Assembly (NCBI RefSeq): GCF_009914755.1
Contig: NC_060934.1
Reading direction: 5' to 3' (one strand)
Length of the DNA: 64,000 nt
Source of the DNA: the human T2T-CHM13v2.0 reference genome, Homo sapiens
The notes beneath the pieces were generated by a model. The model searched no databases. It was not told the origin of the DNA and saw only the letters and a program-made list of their open reading frames with translations. Below, one piece after another: positions 36,511 to 50,738 of the stretch. Each line of letters begins with the position of its first letter. The first letter of the stretch is position 1. Position numbers and translations under genes: made by a program.

Positions 36511-39500
36511 CTACCATCACTAGTTTCAAGGTCTCTCCATCTGGCGGGAGATATGGATGCCTCGGGGCAGAGGCTAAGGTGCCCGTGTGCTCAGCGTCTT
36601 GCAGGTGCACAGGATGGTGCAGGATATTTGACCTGCACGCCAACTTTGAAACAATACTGCACCTGTTTTATGGGGAGGTGAGGTAGCTCGCAGAGGTTGC
36701 ATGGTTGCTGGGAAGATGGCATTCACACCAGCTTCACCGGATCCCCCAATCCATGCTGTTCCCAGGAACCCACACTGATTCATTTGTAGAAATATAGACG
36801 TTTCCAAGGTTTGGTATTTTGTACATTTCCTATAATAAATAAATCTTACTTTTATAAAAGAAAATAGCTGAAGCTTTTAGAACAAAACAAAACCATAACC
36901 AAGGACACTAAACAACACTCCTTGAAATATCCGTTGCTGCTCTGGGTGGTAAGTAGAAAAATACACTAGGTTCACCAGCAGCCTGGAGGTGAGTGCATAT
37001 CTTTCTTGCAGAAAGGGCCCTGGGGGAGGGCATTGCCAGGGGGCTGATGAGCACAGGACGGGAGGCAGGAACATACTGCGGATCTGTCTGGACACTCACC
37101 ATTTGCATGCACTATTTAAGAACAATACGAACTCATCAATTCTTAAAGCTTCTATAAACTGCATGAGTGGAAAGGCAAGACAGACTCCCCTGAATTGCTT
37201 TGTCCACTTTCCCCTCAATTCTTGGGCTGCCCTCACCATCCTCCCAGGCCACTCCCTGGATACCTGCAGTGATTCAGTAAAAAGACCTCCCTCCTCAGTA
37301 GCCTGGACATATAAACCATTCAGTCAGTCAGTTTTCCAGATACAGACTCTGGGCGCCTGGCACTCCCTGGTAGCCCTGTATCTCCTGCATTGCTCCGTGT
37401 CTAGGGCAGCACCTGCCCACGGGGACAGCTGGGTGCCATCACACTCCACTCAGACCCACGGCCAGGTGACAAGCCTGTGATGAGGGGCTGGCAGGACGGA
37501 GGTTTGTGGAACTGGATGGAAGTGAGGTCAGGCAGGAGAAACACGAGTCTGGGTTCACTTCGCAAGTCACTGGGGCCGGGAAAATAGAAGTGCTGTAAGC
37601 GCACGTGGATGGATTTATTGAAGAGGAACCTGTTGGAGCTCTGCAACTGCTTCTTGCAACTCATCTGCAAACATTCCAAGAGGAAACAGATGACTCAGGG
37701 CTGCCAGGGGAGATGGAACGTGATTGTGCTGAAAGCACCAGTCTGCAGGGGACATCACAGCGGCTTGGGACTCATGGATGCTGTGTCAGCAGAGGCCGCT
37801 GGAGGAGGGTGGCAGGCTGCCTAGTTCTACACCAGGGAGAGCAAGGATGGGGTGTGCCCGGTGGTGTTCCTGAGCCCGCTTGCCCAGGCTCCCAAGCACC
37901 GACGTGCACCTCTTCCCCTGCAGAGACTTCATATCTGTAGCCTGGAGTGGTGGGATGAATACACACCACAGGAATTGGCAAAGGCTGGAAGTCAGCCTTC
38001 CGCGTCTGCACCCTAGCTTGTTGTGAGATGTTAACCAGTAAAACACTGGTCTTGCCCAGTGCTTTCTGGACATGGCTGAGCAGGCTCTTCCCATCAGAAA
38101 ACCCAGGTGCCAGCACCCAGGGCCCTGCTTGTGTCTGCCTGTTCTTACACTCTGCAATGGAAGCTCAGGCTTCTAACCTAAGGCCTCTCCTCCCGCAGTA
38201 GGGGTGCAGGAAAGCCTTGAGGATCCCCCACCCCAACTCTGCTCCTTAGTTCTCCTGTCCTCCTCAGAGCGGCCGACCCTTCCAATCATGACACTCTGCA
38301 TCCTCTCAAGGGGGTGCTCAAACAGGGCAGCCCTGGCCTTTGCCTCCAGCCTCCAGCATGGGTCCCACGTGTTCAAAGAAAGTAGCAGGAGGCACCGCTG
38401 CACATTGGGTAAGATGCTAACCGTGGGTTGGAATATGGCGCCACGGGGCCCTTCCACCCTGTCTGGGGTTTTTTCATCTGCAGATCGTGTCTGATTGCTG
38501 GTGCAGGGTGGGCCATTTTCAGCCTGGATACCTGGGGAACCAGGTACTATCCAGCAGCCCCAGCTTTCTGAGCATCATTCATGAGGTTGTAACCTCAGGT
38601 CTTCTTCTTCCTCTGGGAGTAGTTCAGGTTTAAACTCTGATTGAATTTGCAACTCTGCTGCCGTTCGCTGGGATATCTGCTTGCTGCCTTCTTTTAAGGC
38701 ATTTGTAGAACAGAAACAATGATGTTGTAAGATGCCATCTCCATGTTGGCTCCGTCAGCTGTGAATGGACCACGAGTGTTGTTGGAGGTAAAAGCGGCTG
38801 AGGGCTGTCGGATGGCATTTGGTTGGGGGCTCAGGCAGCTCATATGCTCCTGGCATCCTGGGCTCGCTCATCCCTGGGGGGTTCCTGAGGGAATTCCACA
38901 ACCTGGGGCCGTGATCATGGAAAAAGGAGCCTCCAGTTTGTTGTGGGTCTGGGGTGAAATAGTCACGCTGAACTCTTTGAGGAAGTTGAGTTGGGGTGTG
39001 TGACTCCATGCTGCCCCCACCACAATTTGAGCTGAGGTTTGTGCTTCAGGGCACTAGGGAGAAATCTGGGGGTGGGACGGGGCAACAGTGTGGGATGGCA
39101 AAGAAAGACAGCTGGGTTTGAGGTCTCAGTTCCAGGGCTTGGTCCAAGGAGGTGACAAAAGGATGGCTGCACGTGGGACATTTGGACACACAGTGGCTTC
39201 CACCCGAAACATGAGCAGAGGCATCTCCTGGACTCTGAGGACTTAGGAAAATTGCTCCTTTTCTCTTGGAAGAATCAGGAGCAAGGTGGAAAGGAGGCCG
39301 GGGCTTCCCTTGCCCTGCAACTGTTTGGAGCCTTGGAGAAGGGCATCATGAGATTGAGAAACACCTGTATGCAACCCTCCTCTCAGGAAGCCCGCTGAGG
39401 CTATTTTAGGAGGCACTTGGCGAAGATAAAAGCTGACCATGTTGCCCGAAGCATGCTTGTCACACGGATGTCTGCACACATGAGCTCCAGGCTTCATCAC

Positions 39501-39519
39501 GTGGTGCTTACGTGTGCTT

Positions 39520-39685
39520 GGCCAGTTTAAACCCTGGCTCCAGCATTTTGTGGCTCTAAATCCTCAGCAAGCTCACCTCCTGTGTCTTGGTTTCTTCATC
39601 TGTGCGAATAATAACACCTACTGTGCAGGACTGCTGTGAGTTTAGGTGAGTCGGTGCCTGTCATAATAGCACATCAGCAATCCGT
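39520..39685 (+). mobile_element. MIR
   Basis: ctgtgtcttggtttcttcatctgtg...ataataacacctac...gctgtgag. Confidence 0.65.
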
Positions 39686-40282
39686 GAGTGCCAGCCTTGG
39701 TGCTTTCCCGAAGCCTGGCGACTCCAGGCACTCCAGACAAGCCATGGTCCTGATGAGCGAGAGCGAGGGGCCTTCCCAGCAATGGGAATGCTGGTGCAGA
39801 GCCTGGGCATTCAGCCCAGAGCGCCTTCACTCCCAGGGAGGCTGGGCAGGACAGGGATACCCTCCGACCTACATAGTCCCGATTTTATTCACATTATGCA
39901 GTTGGTGCAATCCATTCACAAGAGCATCCAGAACTTCCACTTGCCCACTGCTTTTTGAAAGGGAAGGTGCTTTTGGGGAGGAGTCATGTCCCAGGCTTCT
40001 CTTCTCCCTCCTTCTCAACTTTCTTTAATATTTAATCTAAAGGGTGTTTGCCTCAGAGGACTTGCAGGGGCCTCAGCGAGATCTCAATCAATGGCTTCTC
40101 AGAAGGGAGGGGTAGACACAAGATTACAGAATACCAGCCGCCACCACAATATTCTCTACAGCCAAGGAGCTCCTAGATTAGAATGTACCTAATATTTTCC
40201 TATAAATCAGTTATCTGTTCATGTAAACATAGTATATAGTGAAATGTACATCAATACCTTATATAGAAATCCATTATCACAT

Positions 40283-40590
<308 letters not shown>

Positions 40591-41075
40591 TTATCACTTG
40601 GCAAAAATAAACAATAGCTGTAGTAAAATATGCACATATATATTCTTGAATGAGTGAGTGAATTGTCCCTATATACATATTACATATCAATTATCATTCT
40701 ATAAAATATAATAATCGCTCTTAATCTCAATTTTATATAATACGACATGTAGTCTGTGTTTAGTGCCTGCTGCATGTTGGCCCACTGGTCCTGAGTGAGG
40801 AGACGGTGTTGGACGGTGCTCATAGCACTCCTATGTACCTGTGTGGGGAGGTGGGTGACAAGCAGGTGAGAACATTCACCAGGATAGAAAAAGGCAACCT
40901 GAGAAGCAACAGGAGTGATGGGGACAGGGTCTGGTAGGACACAGAAATTTAGCGGGACCTAGATGGGAAGCCAGAGGATGCTGGCTCCAAAGTCCTTGAC
41001 AAGGGTGGGCAACGGTCAGGACACCTGCAGAGCTCCCAGACTCTTGGCCTTCATTTTCCCTTGAAAATGGATCTT

Positions 41076-41382
41076 GGCCAGCGCAGTGGCTCATGCCTGT
41101 AATCCCAGCACTTTGGGAGGTCTAGGTGAACGGATTGCTTGAGCCCAGGAGTACAAGACCAGCTTGAGCAACATATTGAGACCCTGTATCTACAAAAAGT
41201 ACAAGCGTTAGCCTGGTGTGGTGATGTGTGCCTGTGGTCCCAGCTACTCAGGAGGCTAAGGTATAGGATTGTTTGAGCCCAGGATGTTGAGACTGCAGTG
41301 AGCTCTGATGGCACCACTGCAATCCAGCCTAGGTGACAGTGAGACCCTGTCTCAAAAAAAAAAAAAAAAAAAAGAAAAGAAA
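41076..41382 (+). mobile_element. AluJ SINE
   Basis: ggattgcttgagcccagg in both arms, gagaccctgtctc, high divergence; TSD-like aaatgg(a/g)tctt. Confidence 0.9.
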
Positions 41383-41744
41383 ATGGGAAATGGGTCTTGA
41401 GGTTTTGTATTCTATTTGCCAACAGACCACTTATTTTATGCAATTGAAGTGCACAAGGCCCATACCGCAGGGGGAAATGGGCAGCGCTGCTGTTTGGAGA
41501 ACTGTGGGCTTCGCCGCTGGTGAGAAACCACAGCCCTGAGATCTGATCTTCCCTCGAGTTTCCAGACTGAAATACGCAACTGCTGAGCTGTGGAGAAAAG
41601 GCCCATTTCCTAGAGATGGTGGGAAAGGCTATAAGAACAGAGTCCTTCTGTTTACACAAGCATGAATTGAATTCTCAGCTGATTGACAGTTCACAAAAAT
41701 AAACGCTCCATACATGTGCTGTGGGCAAATTCCATGGCAGTCTG

Positions 41745-41901
41745 GCCTTCAGACAGCAGCCTGCCCCTGAGGACAAATCCACAGATGCTTGGAGAAGACC
41801 TTAGACACTGGCTTAGAGCCATTCGCCTTCAGACGGCAGCCTGCCCCTGAGGACAAATCCGCAGATGCTTGGAGAAGACCTTAGACACTGGCTTAGAGCC
41901 A
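41745..41901. repeat. 80-bp tandem duplication (2 copies)
   Basis: gccttcagac(a/g)gcagcctgcccctgaggacaaatcc...ggcttagagcca at 41745 and 41825. Confidence 0.95.
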
Positions 41902-42369
41902 CTCCTCTGGAGAGAACAGGAGTGCCTGGGAAGATAGGCCACTGGGCCCTCAGGGCTGATGGCTCCAAATCGGCCTGGAGAGCCTCTCCCAGGTGCATGA
42001 CCTCCAAACAGATGAGGGCTTCCCCTGCCTCATTTCACATGAGGATTACCAGCTGTTATATCCGTTAGACCCCCTCAAATTCATTTGCAGAGAAGCTGCA
42101 CCCAGATGACACCCTGTCTCTGCCGCATGAGACGATGAAAGGGCCTGGTGGGATGAGAAGTTCTGGGCACCCGGCATGGCTCAGGAGGTGAAAACAATTC
42201 AGAGGGGCCCTGCTGCACCGGAAGCGCATGCGGCTTGGCAGTGGGCCTGTGAAACTCTGTAAGTGAACAAAATGAAAACCTGATTATCTCAGGACGCACG
42301 CGGAGTGAACGGGATCGGACATATTTGTTGGTAAGGTTTTAGGAAGGACTGGAAGCTTAATGTTTGTGA

Positions 42370-42834
<465 letters not shown>

Positions 42835-44645
42835 CCTTTTAAAATATTTTTAAATATGTATGGTTAAAATGTGTTCTGATATTTAAGACATATACACGTG
42901 GTCAAGCAAAAGTTTTGTGTCTAAATAAGGGTGTTGGCAGCCTGAAGGACTACAAACTCCTCTGTCCAGATGTGAGTGACCATTTCTCTGCCACCATCAA
43001 AAATCCTGTTAAATAGTAAAAATGTTCCTGGTCTATCAAGACATGAGAATTAATTAATTAATCAATTAACAATTGAGTAAAACAGTAACTGAGTCCGGCG
43101 TTGTGCTGAGCCTGCATCCAAGCCTCAAGACAGCTCATTTGGTAGCAGAAGTGGCACCTGTGTGTGCAGATTTCTGTGCTGGTGGCTGTGGGGGACTGAG
43201 GCGGCCGGCGTGCAGCTCGTCATTACCCAGAGACCTTGGAGAGTGGTGACTCGGCTGCCGGATGGGGGAAGGGCAGACAGGGTCTTGCCACATGGCTGAA
43301 TCCTAATATGTAACTAGACTCAATGGCCCTGCTGCTTGGGGCAGAGCAAAGCCTCCTAAAATCCTATTTCCAGCCAGGAGAGTGAGGGAGTAAACTTATC
43401 CATGACCAATATCTTCCATGTGATATCGTGAAACACAAAAGCATTTTATTAAGGAAAAAAATGATACCCAGCACATGCATCCAAACAAAAAGAAAGGTAA
43501 ACATTAAGGATCAAGTGAACCAGAGAGCAAATACAGCTTTCTCTTCCAAATGACCACTGCGTTAGACGCTGCAGCCGTGTCCAGAGTGAGAAAAGGGACC
43601 TCAGCGAATGAGTAACGGACCCTTCACCAGGGTCCCTGCACAGACCGTGCTGGGCCGGGCTGGCCGTCAGGGTGTCTGTGTGTCGGGTGGAATTGGGTGC
43701 CTGGGACCGCAGTCCCCGGACAGCCTGTGGGCTCCACCCCCGTGAGGTCTCCAGAGGCAGGGCTTTCCCTGTGGGATTTCCTGGCCCCGCTCGGTCTCCC
43801 GGGCTCCCGGGTCCACCGTTGGGAATGGCAGCCAGGGCTTCTGCTCAGCACAGGAGAAGGCAGAGTCCCTGTAAAGGCACGAGGACTGCAGAGTCTTAAA
43901 TACGAAAATTAATAACTCTTTCTCTCTTGAAAAAGCAGAATCTAATTAGCTTCATGTCAGTTCAAGTAGCAGTTGAGGAAGAGAAAATAGAGGGAGAAGC
44001 AGATGAAACACCAGCCATGGGTGCATTTGCTGAAAGCTCAATTTCTGGTTCTTCCTGGTGGTCATATTTCTTTCTTCTCCAGAGCATTTTCACTTACTTC
44101 ATTTATAATAAATAACCCCTAAGTAGATCCTGTATTTGCTCACAAGATTGACTCAGAAATCGTAAGAAAATACCATAATGAAACATTTTCTCTCAGCAAG
44201 GGAAGTGCATTTCTTTCTCCAGAGCCTCCTCTCCGTGCTCCCTCTTATTACTGGGCCGGGCATCCGCCGCGCCTCCCGCAGGTGTTTGCCTGGAGAGCGC
44301 GGTTGCACCTGCCGCCCCTGCACATGCGCATCACCCAGGAAGAGCTATGCCTCACAGATGTCTCTGTTTCTTGAGAAAGTATTTTAGCAGAGGGCTCTCA
44401 GGATGTTTCCTAACAAGAACATCCTTGCTGCTTCACCAATGTTAAGATCTGTAAACATGGAGGGCTTCGGAACAGTCGACTTTGCTCCCTTGGATGTCAA
44501 CTTTGCCATCGGATGGCGTCCATTCGGGAGAACAGGAATCCAGAACCAGGTCCCTGTGCCCCAGTAAGCTTGGTGTTTTAATGTCCTCCCTGGGAGTCCT
44601 TTCAAATATTCATGGGTTCAGAAATATAATATGGGTAAGGGGAAA

Positions 44646-44767
44646 GAAGCTACGGACTGGGAGAACCAGTAGATTTCAACCCCTAGGTTAACTTTAACCA
44701 GTCAATGAAGCTATGGACTGGGAGAACCAATCGATTTCAACCCTAGGTTAACTTCAACCAGCCAGTT
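44646..44767. repeat. About 61-bp tandem duplication (2 copies)
   Basis: gaagcta(c/t)ggactgggagaacca..gatttcaacccctaggttaactt at 44646 and 44707. Confidence 0.93.
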
Positions 44768-44965
44768 GGTAGTGAGGCCTGGGTCCTGGATCAAGAAGGA
44801 TCCCAAATGCAGGAGAAAGCCAGGCTGTGGGGCGGGTGGCTCAGTCCGTGGTGTGCACTGCTGGTGGGGTGGGCAGTGGGCACGTGGCCACATTTTCCCC
44901 ACTTGATATGCCATGTTGGCTGAAAAGCAGGAGAGACAATTGTGTCTTTAGAAAACTTGAAGGCT

Positions 44966-45292
44966 GGCTGAACACGGTGGCTCACGCCTGTAATCCCAGC
45001 ACTTTGGGAGGCTGAGGCAGGCATATGACCTGAGGTCAGGAGTTCAAGACCAGCCTGGCCAACATGGTGAAACCCCATCTCTACCAAAAATACAAAAATT
45101 AGTCAGGCATGGTGGCATGCACCTGTAATCCCAGCTACTTGGGAGGCTGAGACACAGAATTGCTTGAACCTGGGAGGCGGAGGTTGCAGTGAGCCGAGAT
45201 TGTGCCAGTGCACTCCAGCCTGGGCGACACAGCAAGACTCCATCTCAAAAAAAAAAGAAAAAAAAAGAAAGAAAAAGAAAAGAAAAGAAAAA
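44966..45292 (+). mobile_element. AluSx-like SINE
   Basis: acctgaggtcaggagttcaagaccagcctggccaacatggtg; 16-bp TSD agaaaacttgaaggct at 44950 and 45293. Confidence 0.95.
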
Positions 45293-45544
45293 AGAAAACT
45301 TGAAGGCTGAAGGGTATTTTGCTTTCCTTTTAGAATAAGGGGCCTTTCCATTTGGTATCAATGCCTGCCCTTGTCTTGAGTGGGTCATATCCCGGTCATG
45401 GGCATACTGGCTGCTGCCTTACCTCATGGGAGAGCCCATATTCTGTTATGAGTCAAGTTTAGAGGACTTAGCACGGGAGCAAAAAGGTTAAACACTAAAT
45501 CAAACCAAGTGCCTGTACGTGGGCTAGGGGAGTGGAATGATAGA

Positions 45545-46035
45545 AATTGCTGACATTTATTAAAACACTGTATGACGATCTCTGGTCTAGGTACTGTTGT
45601 ATGTTTTGATTCATTTATTTTTCTATTCCTCTTTATTTATTTTGAGACAGAGTCTCGCTCTGTCGCCCACACTGGAGTGCGGTGTCGTGATCTCGGCTCA
45701 CTGCAACCTCTGCCTTCCAGGTTCAAGAGATAGTCGTGCCTTAGCCTCCTAAGTAGCTGGGACTACAGGCATGCAGCATTTAGTTAATTTTTAATAGAGA
45801 TGGGTTTTTGCCATGTTGGCTAGGCTAGTCCTGACCTCAGGTGATCCGCCCACCTCAGCTTTCCAAAGTACTGGTATTACAGACTGAGCCACTGAGACCG
45901 GCCACCTATGTTTTCATTCATTTAATTCACACAAAAACTCCATGAGGGATGGGCCATTATTATGCCCATTTGACAGGTGAGAAACTTGAGGCTCATGGAG
46001 ATAAGTACCTCTCCCAAGGCCACTCCAGAGCCTGG
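45545..46035 (-). mobile_element. MIR interrupted by an Alu
   Basis: gacatttattaaaacact ... attattatgcccatttgacaggtgagaaacttgaggctca...cccaaggcca. Confidence 0.7.
45622..45903 (-). mobile_element. AluS SINE with small internal deletions
   Basis: gagacagagtctcgctctgtcgccc, cctgacctcaggtgatccgcccacctc; TSD-like tatgtttt(g/c)attcattta. Confidence 0.9.
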
Positions 46036-46309
46036 ACTCTCTTCGTTCTCTCCTGGGTTGCTTTTCGTAGACTTGCAAGAGAAACAACAGGTGCTCTTAG
46101 TCTCCTTTGGATCCAGAAAGTCACCAGAAGGATCTCCTCTATACGGTCGCAAAGGACTCAGGACAAGGCAGATGCATTTTAAAAATACTCCCGACAGTGA
46201 GGCCAGGGAGGGAGTGGGGTGCAGGTGGGGGCTGGTGACTGTGAGATCTGAGAGTCTTCTCAGAACAAGGTGTTGCCGTGGAGTCAGAAAGCCGGGACTC
46301 ACATTAGAC

Positions 46310-46490
46310 AAGCTGGGCTTGCATCTCAGTTCCCCAGGCTATGATGTTCATGACCTCAGGCAGATGAAGACATTTCTCAGTGCCCCAGTTTCTTTGCCGT
46401 CTGTAAAATCAGCCTCAGACTCTGCCTTGGTGTGAGTCTGAGGTGGAGTTGGAAGTCCCCATCGCAGTGTCTGGAGCATAGAACATGCCA
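46310..46490 (+). mobile_element. MIR fragment
   Basis: catgacctcaggcag...ttctcagtgccccagtttctttgccgtctgtaaaat. Confidence 0.6.
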
Positions 46491-47324
46491 TTGTGTCAGG
46501 AGCCAAGCCCTGTCCCCCCCATCAAAGGCTCTTGGTAAGTCACTGTGGAGTGAACCAGTTACCTACTGTCTTCCTCCTCCCCTCTGGGTAGGTGGCCCCT
46601 TTCCTTCCTTAGCGTTGCTCTCCTGGGTCCCCTTTGTGACTCCTGTCTGCTCCTAACATTTCTGGGTGATGGTGATGCTTTCTTCCTCTCTCATCAGGAC
46701 CCCCAAACTGAGCTGTCCCCAGGGCTGTAGGCTTCCTCCTTCCTCTGTGGCTGGAGGGTCCACCCTGACAATTGTCCGAAGGTTGCGTCCCCGGGTCTCT
46801 GGCTGCGACACCATTCCTCCAGCTCCACTTCCTCCCTTAGAGCTCTGTCAGGCCTGGAAAGATGAGGGGCTGTGTCTCCCCAGGCTCCCCCTCCACGGAC
46901 ACTGCCTTTCCTGCCTGCAGCTGCTCTCTACTCCTGAATATCAGGTGGCAAAAACGGACAAGCTGGCTGGTACCCACAGGGCTGGGAGCCTTCAGTGCCC
47001 ACCTAGCTTCCTCTGATAAACCTGCTCCAACTTTCTCCTCCCCATGTAGAAGTTTCATTTACTGGGATGTTGATTGGATTTCCCCAATCAACAGGATTTC
47101 TAAATAGCTTCTCCAGCTTCCATGAAGATAAGAATTTTCTGGGCTATTTCTTCAATACCCTCATCCAGATCTACCAGTCAGCATTTTCAGGCCAGAGACC
47201 TGGAGATCTGCACATTTGGCAGGGGCTTCAGGGAATGCTATCTTGACACAACCCCCTGAGCATTGAGGGTGCACGCCCCTCCCCATGACTGCTGCCACAG
47301 AACTTACTGAAATAGGACTTTTGC

Positions 47325-47798
47325 TGTTACAGTGGGATGAAGAGTGTTCCCCCAAAATTCATGTCTATCTACAACCTCAGAATGTGACCTTCTCAGGAAA
47401 CAGGGTCTTCACAGATGTAACTAGTTAATATGAGGTCACAGTGAATTAGGACGGGGCTTACTGCAGCCACTGGTGTCCTTAGAAGAAGAGAAGAGACACA
47501 CAGAGAGAAGGCCACGTGGAGACACGGGACACAGACCCAGAGGGAAGGGGCACAGGGAGGCACCAGCAGAGATAGGAGCGATGCTATCAGAAGCCAAGGA
47601 GCACCAGGAGGGCGGCGACTCCTGGAAGCCGGGAGGGGCCTGGACCATGTGGTGCCTCATAGTTCCAGAAGGAGCCAACTCTGTTGCCATCTTGATTTTA
47701 GACTTGTGGCTTCCAGAACTGTGGGAGAATAGCTTTCTGTTGCTTTTAGCCACTCGGTTTGCAGGAATTTGTTATGACTACCATAGGACACTGATACA
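47325..47798 (+). mobile_element. MLT1B/C MaLR solo LTR
   Basis: cccccaaaattcatgt, aacctcagaatgtgacctt, cagggtcttcacagatgtaa, cttccagaactgtgggagaata, ends ctgataca. Confidence 0.9.
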
Positions 47799-48129
47799 GC
47801 TTTTTAATGAAATTCTGCATTCAGAAAGCAAGAAGGGAGGCATCCAATAGCCAGAACTAAAAGACTCCTCCACCTCAGTTCTTCACACACCCATGCACAT
47901 GAGGAAACCTAGGGTCCACCAGGTTTCCTTCTCTACCCGCCACCTTCCAGATACGGTTTAGGAGTCAAGGGAAGAGAGGCTGTTGTACTCAGGAGAAAAC
48001 ATTCTGCAGGGTATTTGGTGAGGGTGACTCATACATACGTTGTGAAAATAGTGGTGTCACAGTCATCAAGATAAATACACATTTGGAAAGAGATTCAGAT
48101 ATACATTTTTGATAGCAAGGGACTTGCAG

Positions 48130-48823
48130 GGGTTTGGATACTAATCCTGAAAGACACAATCCCAATCACTGCAACCCCAGATGTTAACACTGAGAAAAAT
48201 CAAAATCCCTAGGGGGTGAAGTCCTGGAAATCCCATCACAGGACGACTGTCTCATGCTAGTCGGGACTTGGTCTCAGGCTGTTCCTGGCACTTCGGTGAG
48301 CAGCCACAAAGCTGGGTGTGCACCATGATGGCTGCCACGGTCGCTGAGCAGCCACAAAGCTGGATGTGCACAATGGCTGCCACGGTCGGTGATCAGCCAC
48401 AAAGCTGGGTGTGCACAATGGCTGCCATGGTCGGTGAGGGGCCACAAAGCTGGGTGTGCACAATGGCTGCCACAGTGACATGCATCGGCACTTCTCCCTT
48501 CTCGACCTATTTCTTTATGAGCACAGTCCATGCGCCTGTATCTGTTACACCCATGCGGCTGTCCTTAGTACACCTGAGTCTTTATACTTGCAAAAATGTG
48601 TCTGTTATTTTTGCCTTTTATTGTGTAAAGTGGCCTATAAAGTGTTCTGTTGTGTTTTTATATGTTTTGGTTAAATCTCCTTTTAAAAGTGTAAATAAAT
48701 GTCTTGAAACTTTTAAAAATTATTTTTCCAGAATTATATGTTGAGGACCTTGATCTTTCAAAATGTCAACATTCAGGATTATGGAGTCCGGAACGACGTC
48801 TTCCAGGATTTTGACCGGCTCCC
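48130..48823 (+). mobile_element. Ricksha (MULE-MuDR) non-autonomous DNA transposon
   Basis: Left TIR gggtttggat..taatcctgaaagacacaatccc; right TIR ttgatctttc...tcaacattcaggattatgg...caggattttgaccggctccc; degenerate TSD acttgcag/tcttggag. Confidence 0.85.
48294..48478. repeat. About 45-bp tandem repeat, 4 copies, inside Ricksha
   Basis: Unit cagccacaaagctgggtgtgcacaatggctgccacggtcggtga(g/t). Confidence 0.93.
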
Positions 48824-50667
48824 TCTTGGAGCAATCAAAAAAAAGTATTCCTGAGAGAAAGGATGATGAACACATTTGAAAGCAGAGGGGGTCCGTGTTG
48901 ACTTGGAGTTTGTGCTTTGTGGACGGTATGGCATTAAATCTTGTGACGGGGCCAACGTCCCTGCATCCCAGACCAACTCTCTCTGGGTCCACCTCCACAG
49001 GAAAGCCACGCTGCAGGGATGCTGGGTTTCCAAATATTCCCCACCTCCCTCTTCAGAGGAACACCAAAGCATGCCCCAAGCAGGCTGCTGCCACCTTTTG
49101 GGGTACTTTTGAGGTTGGAGAATGGGTCTTAGCAAAGTGAAGGGGCCAGGGGGGAGGGCATGTTGGAGGGGACAGGTCCTTCAGCACAACCCAGGCCAGG
49201 AGTGCCAGGGGACAGAGCTTCAGCCTGGGATTCTGTCCTTTCACCCAGGGGCTTTTCCTTGCATTCGAATGCCTATTATTCATATCACAAACGCAGCACA
49301 GAGACTTTCCTTTCCCACATCTTGGTACCTAGGACATTTTCAAAACCATTTACGTTAAATATTAATAACAGTCTCACCAGGGTTTGCTTCATGTATGGCT
49401 GTGATTTCATCGCTATTTAAGCTAATGAAGGTATTAGGTTTCAGTTCCTAACCCTGGAACTGTTCTTACATGATCCTCCCAAGCCGGATATGGATGGAAA
49501 CGCTTCTCCCTCGGGAGTGAAGAATGGGTGTGGATGGCAAATCCGTTCTGTGTGTGACAGCTCATCTCCTGTGCCCCACAGCTCACTGTCTGTGGCCTTT
49601 TGAGGGGAAGGTATGGGCTAGGGGTGGACAAAGAGGAGAGGCACCAGGACCCCAAGCTGAGAAGGCAGGCCAAGGGCCCGCAGTAGGAGTCGAGGGGTTT
49701 ACTCAGCACCCCTGCCCGGCACCTGTGCCCACAGCCAGCCTGGGCTGCTTCTCACTGCCCAGACTTGGCTGCCCTGCCTGGCTCACCTAATGCCGGATGC
49801 ACTGCCTATGAATGTCTTCCCCATAAATCATGGACTCGCTAGGCTCTCTGTGTCTTTCTTAATTTGTAGTTCTTGGTATCACAAACACCCAAAACTCCTA
49901 GGAATTTTTATTTCCAATTTCTAGACTTTTCATGAAATATGGGAAGGGTGTAACCAGAAGGACTACTACATGGTACCTTTAGGCCTTGACTGTCAGTACC
50001 CCTCCATCAGCGTGAGTCTTGGGCAGAGCTGGGCATCAGTGAACAGACACAGTGACCAGGTACCTGGCCTTCCTCACCCCTTGCTGCCCTCTGGCCCTCA
50101 AAGCCTTGAGCCCCTCAAAAGCCAGTTTGCAGCAGCTCTGGGCCCAGGTCTGGGTGGGGACTCTGGAATGGGGTACCCAGGGTGGAGGCAGCTCAGGAAC
50201 CGGCTGCAGGAGGGCTGCGTGTCATCCCCATCTCCAGTCATTTAGCACCTCCTGGGCATGTCTGGGAACAGGGAAGAGTCAGCTCAGACATGCCTCCTGG
50301 TCCACACCAAGGCTACTCACCCGGCATTCGGGGAAGGCCTTTCAGCTCACTGAGAGGCACTTGCTTGCCAAAGGGTTTTGAACAGAGCATACATTTATTT
50401 GAACTCAGGAAAGAACAGCAGAGAAAAAAAGAGAATGTGTGATGGAGAAAACACCCTGTGCCTTTCATCAGGTGGAGAGGAAAGGGGACCCCAGGTCTGT
50501 TCTGCTGATGGAGGGGATGACACTGAGAGGTAACCTAGAACCCCCAGGCCCCTCACAACTCCAGAGGATGGAGGCCAGGCCGGGGTCTCCTGCACTGGTT
50601 CCCACCCTGGACAGAGGGCACTGTGAGGAGAGGTCAGGCCCTCCACAGCCCTCCAGGGCTGAATGAT

Positions 50668-50738
50668 CAGGATTGTGACTGGCTCCCTCCGGCAGTAATC
50701 AAAGAAAAGCACCCCTGAGAAAATGGATTATGCACACA
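50668..50738 (+). repeat. Dispersed direct copy of 48804-48874
   Basis: Ungapped 71-bp alignment with about 14 mismatches. Confidence 0.85.

Noticed and set aside
46413-46443. 10-bp stem hairpin cctcagactc/gagtctgagg
   Set aside because: Too short for a pre-miRNA, lies in a MIR remnant, and is compatible with chance
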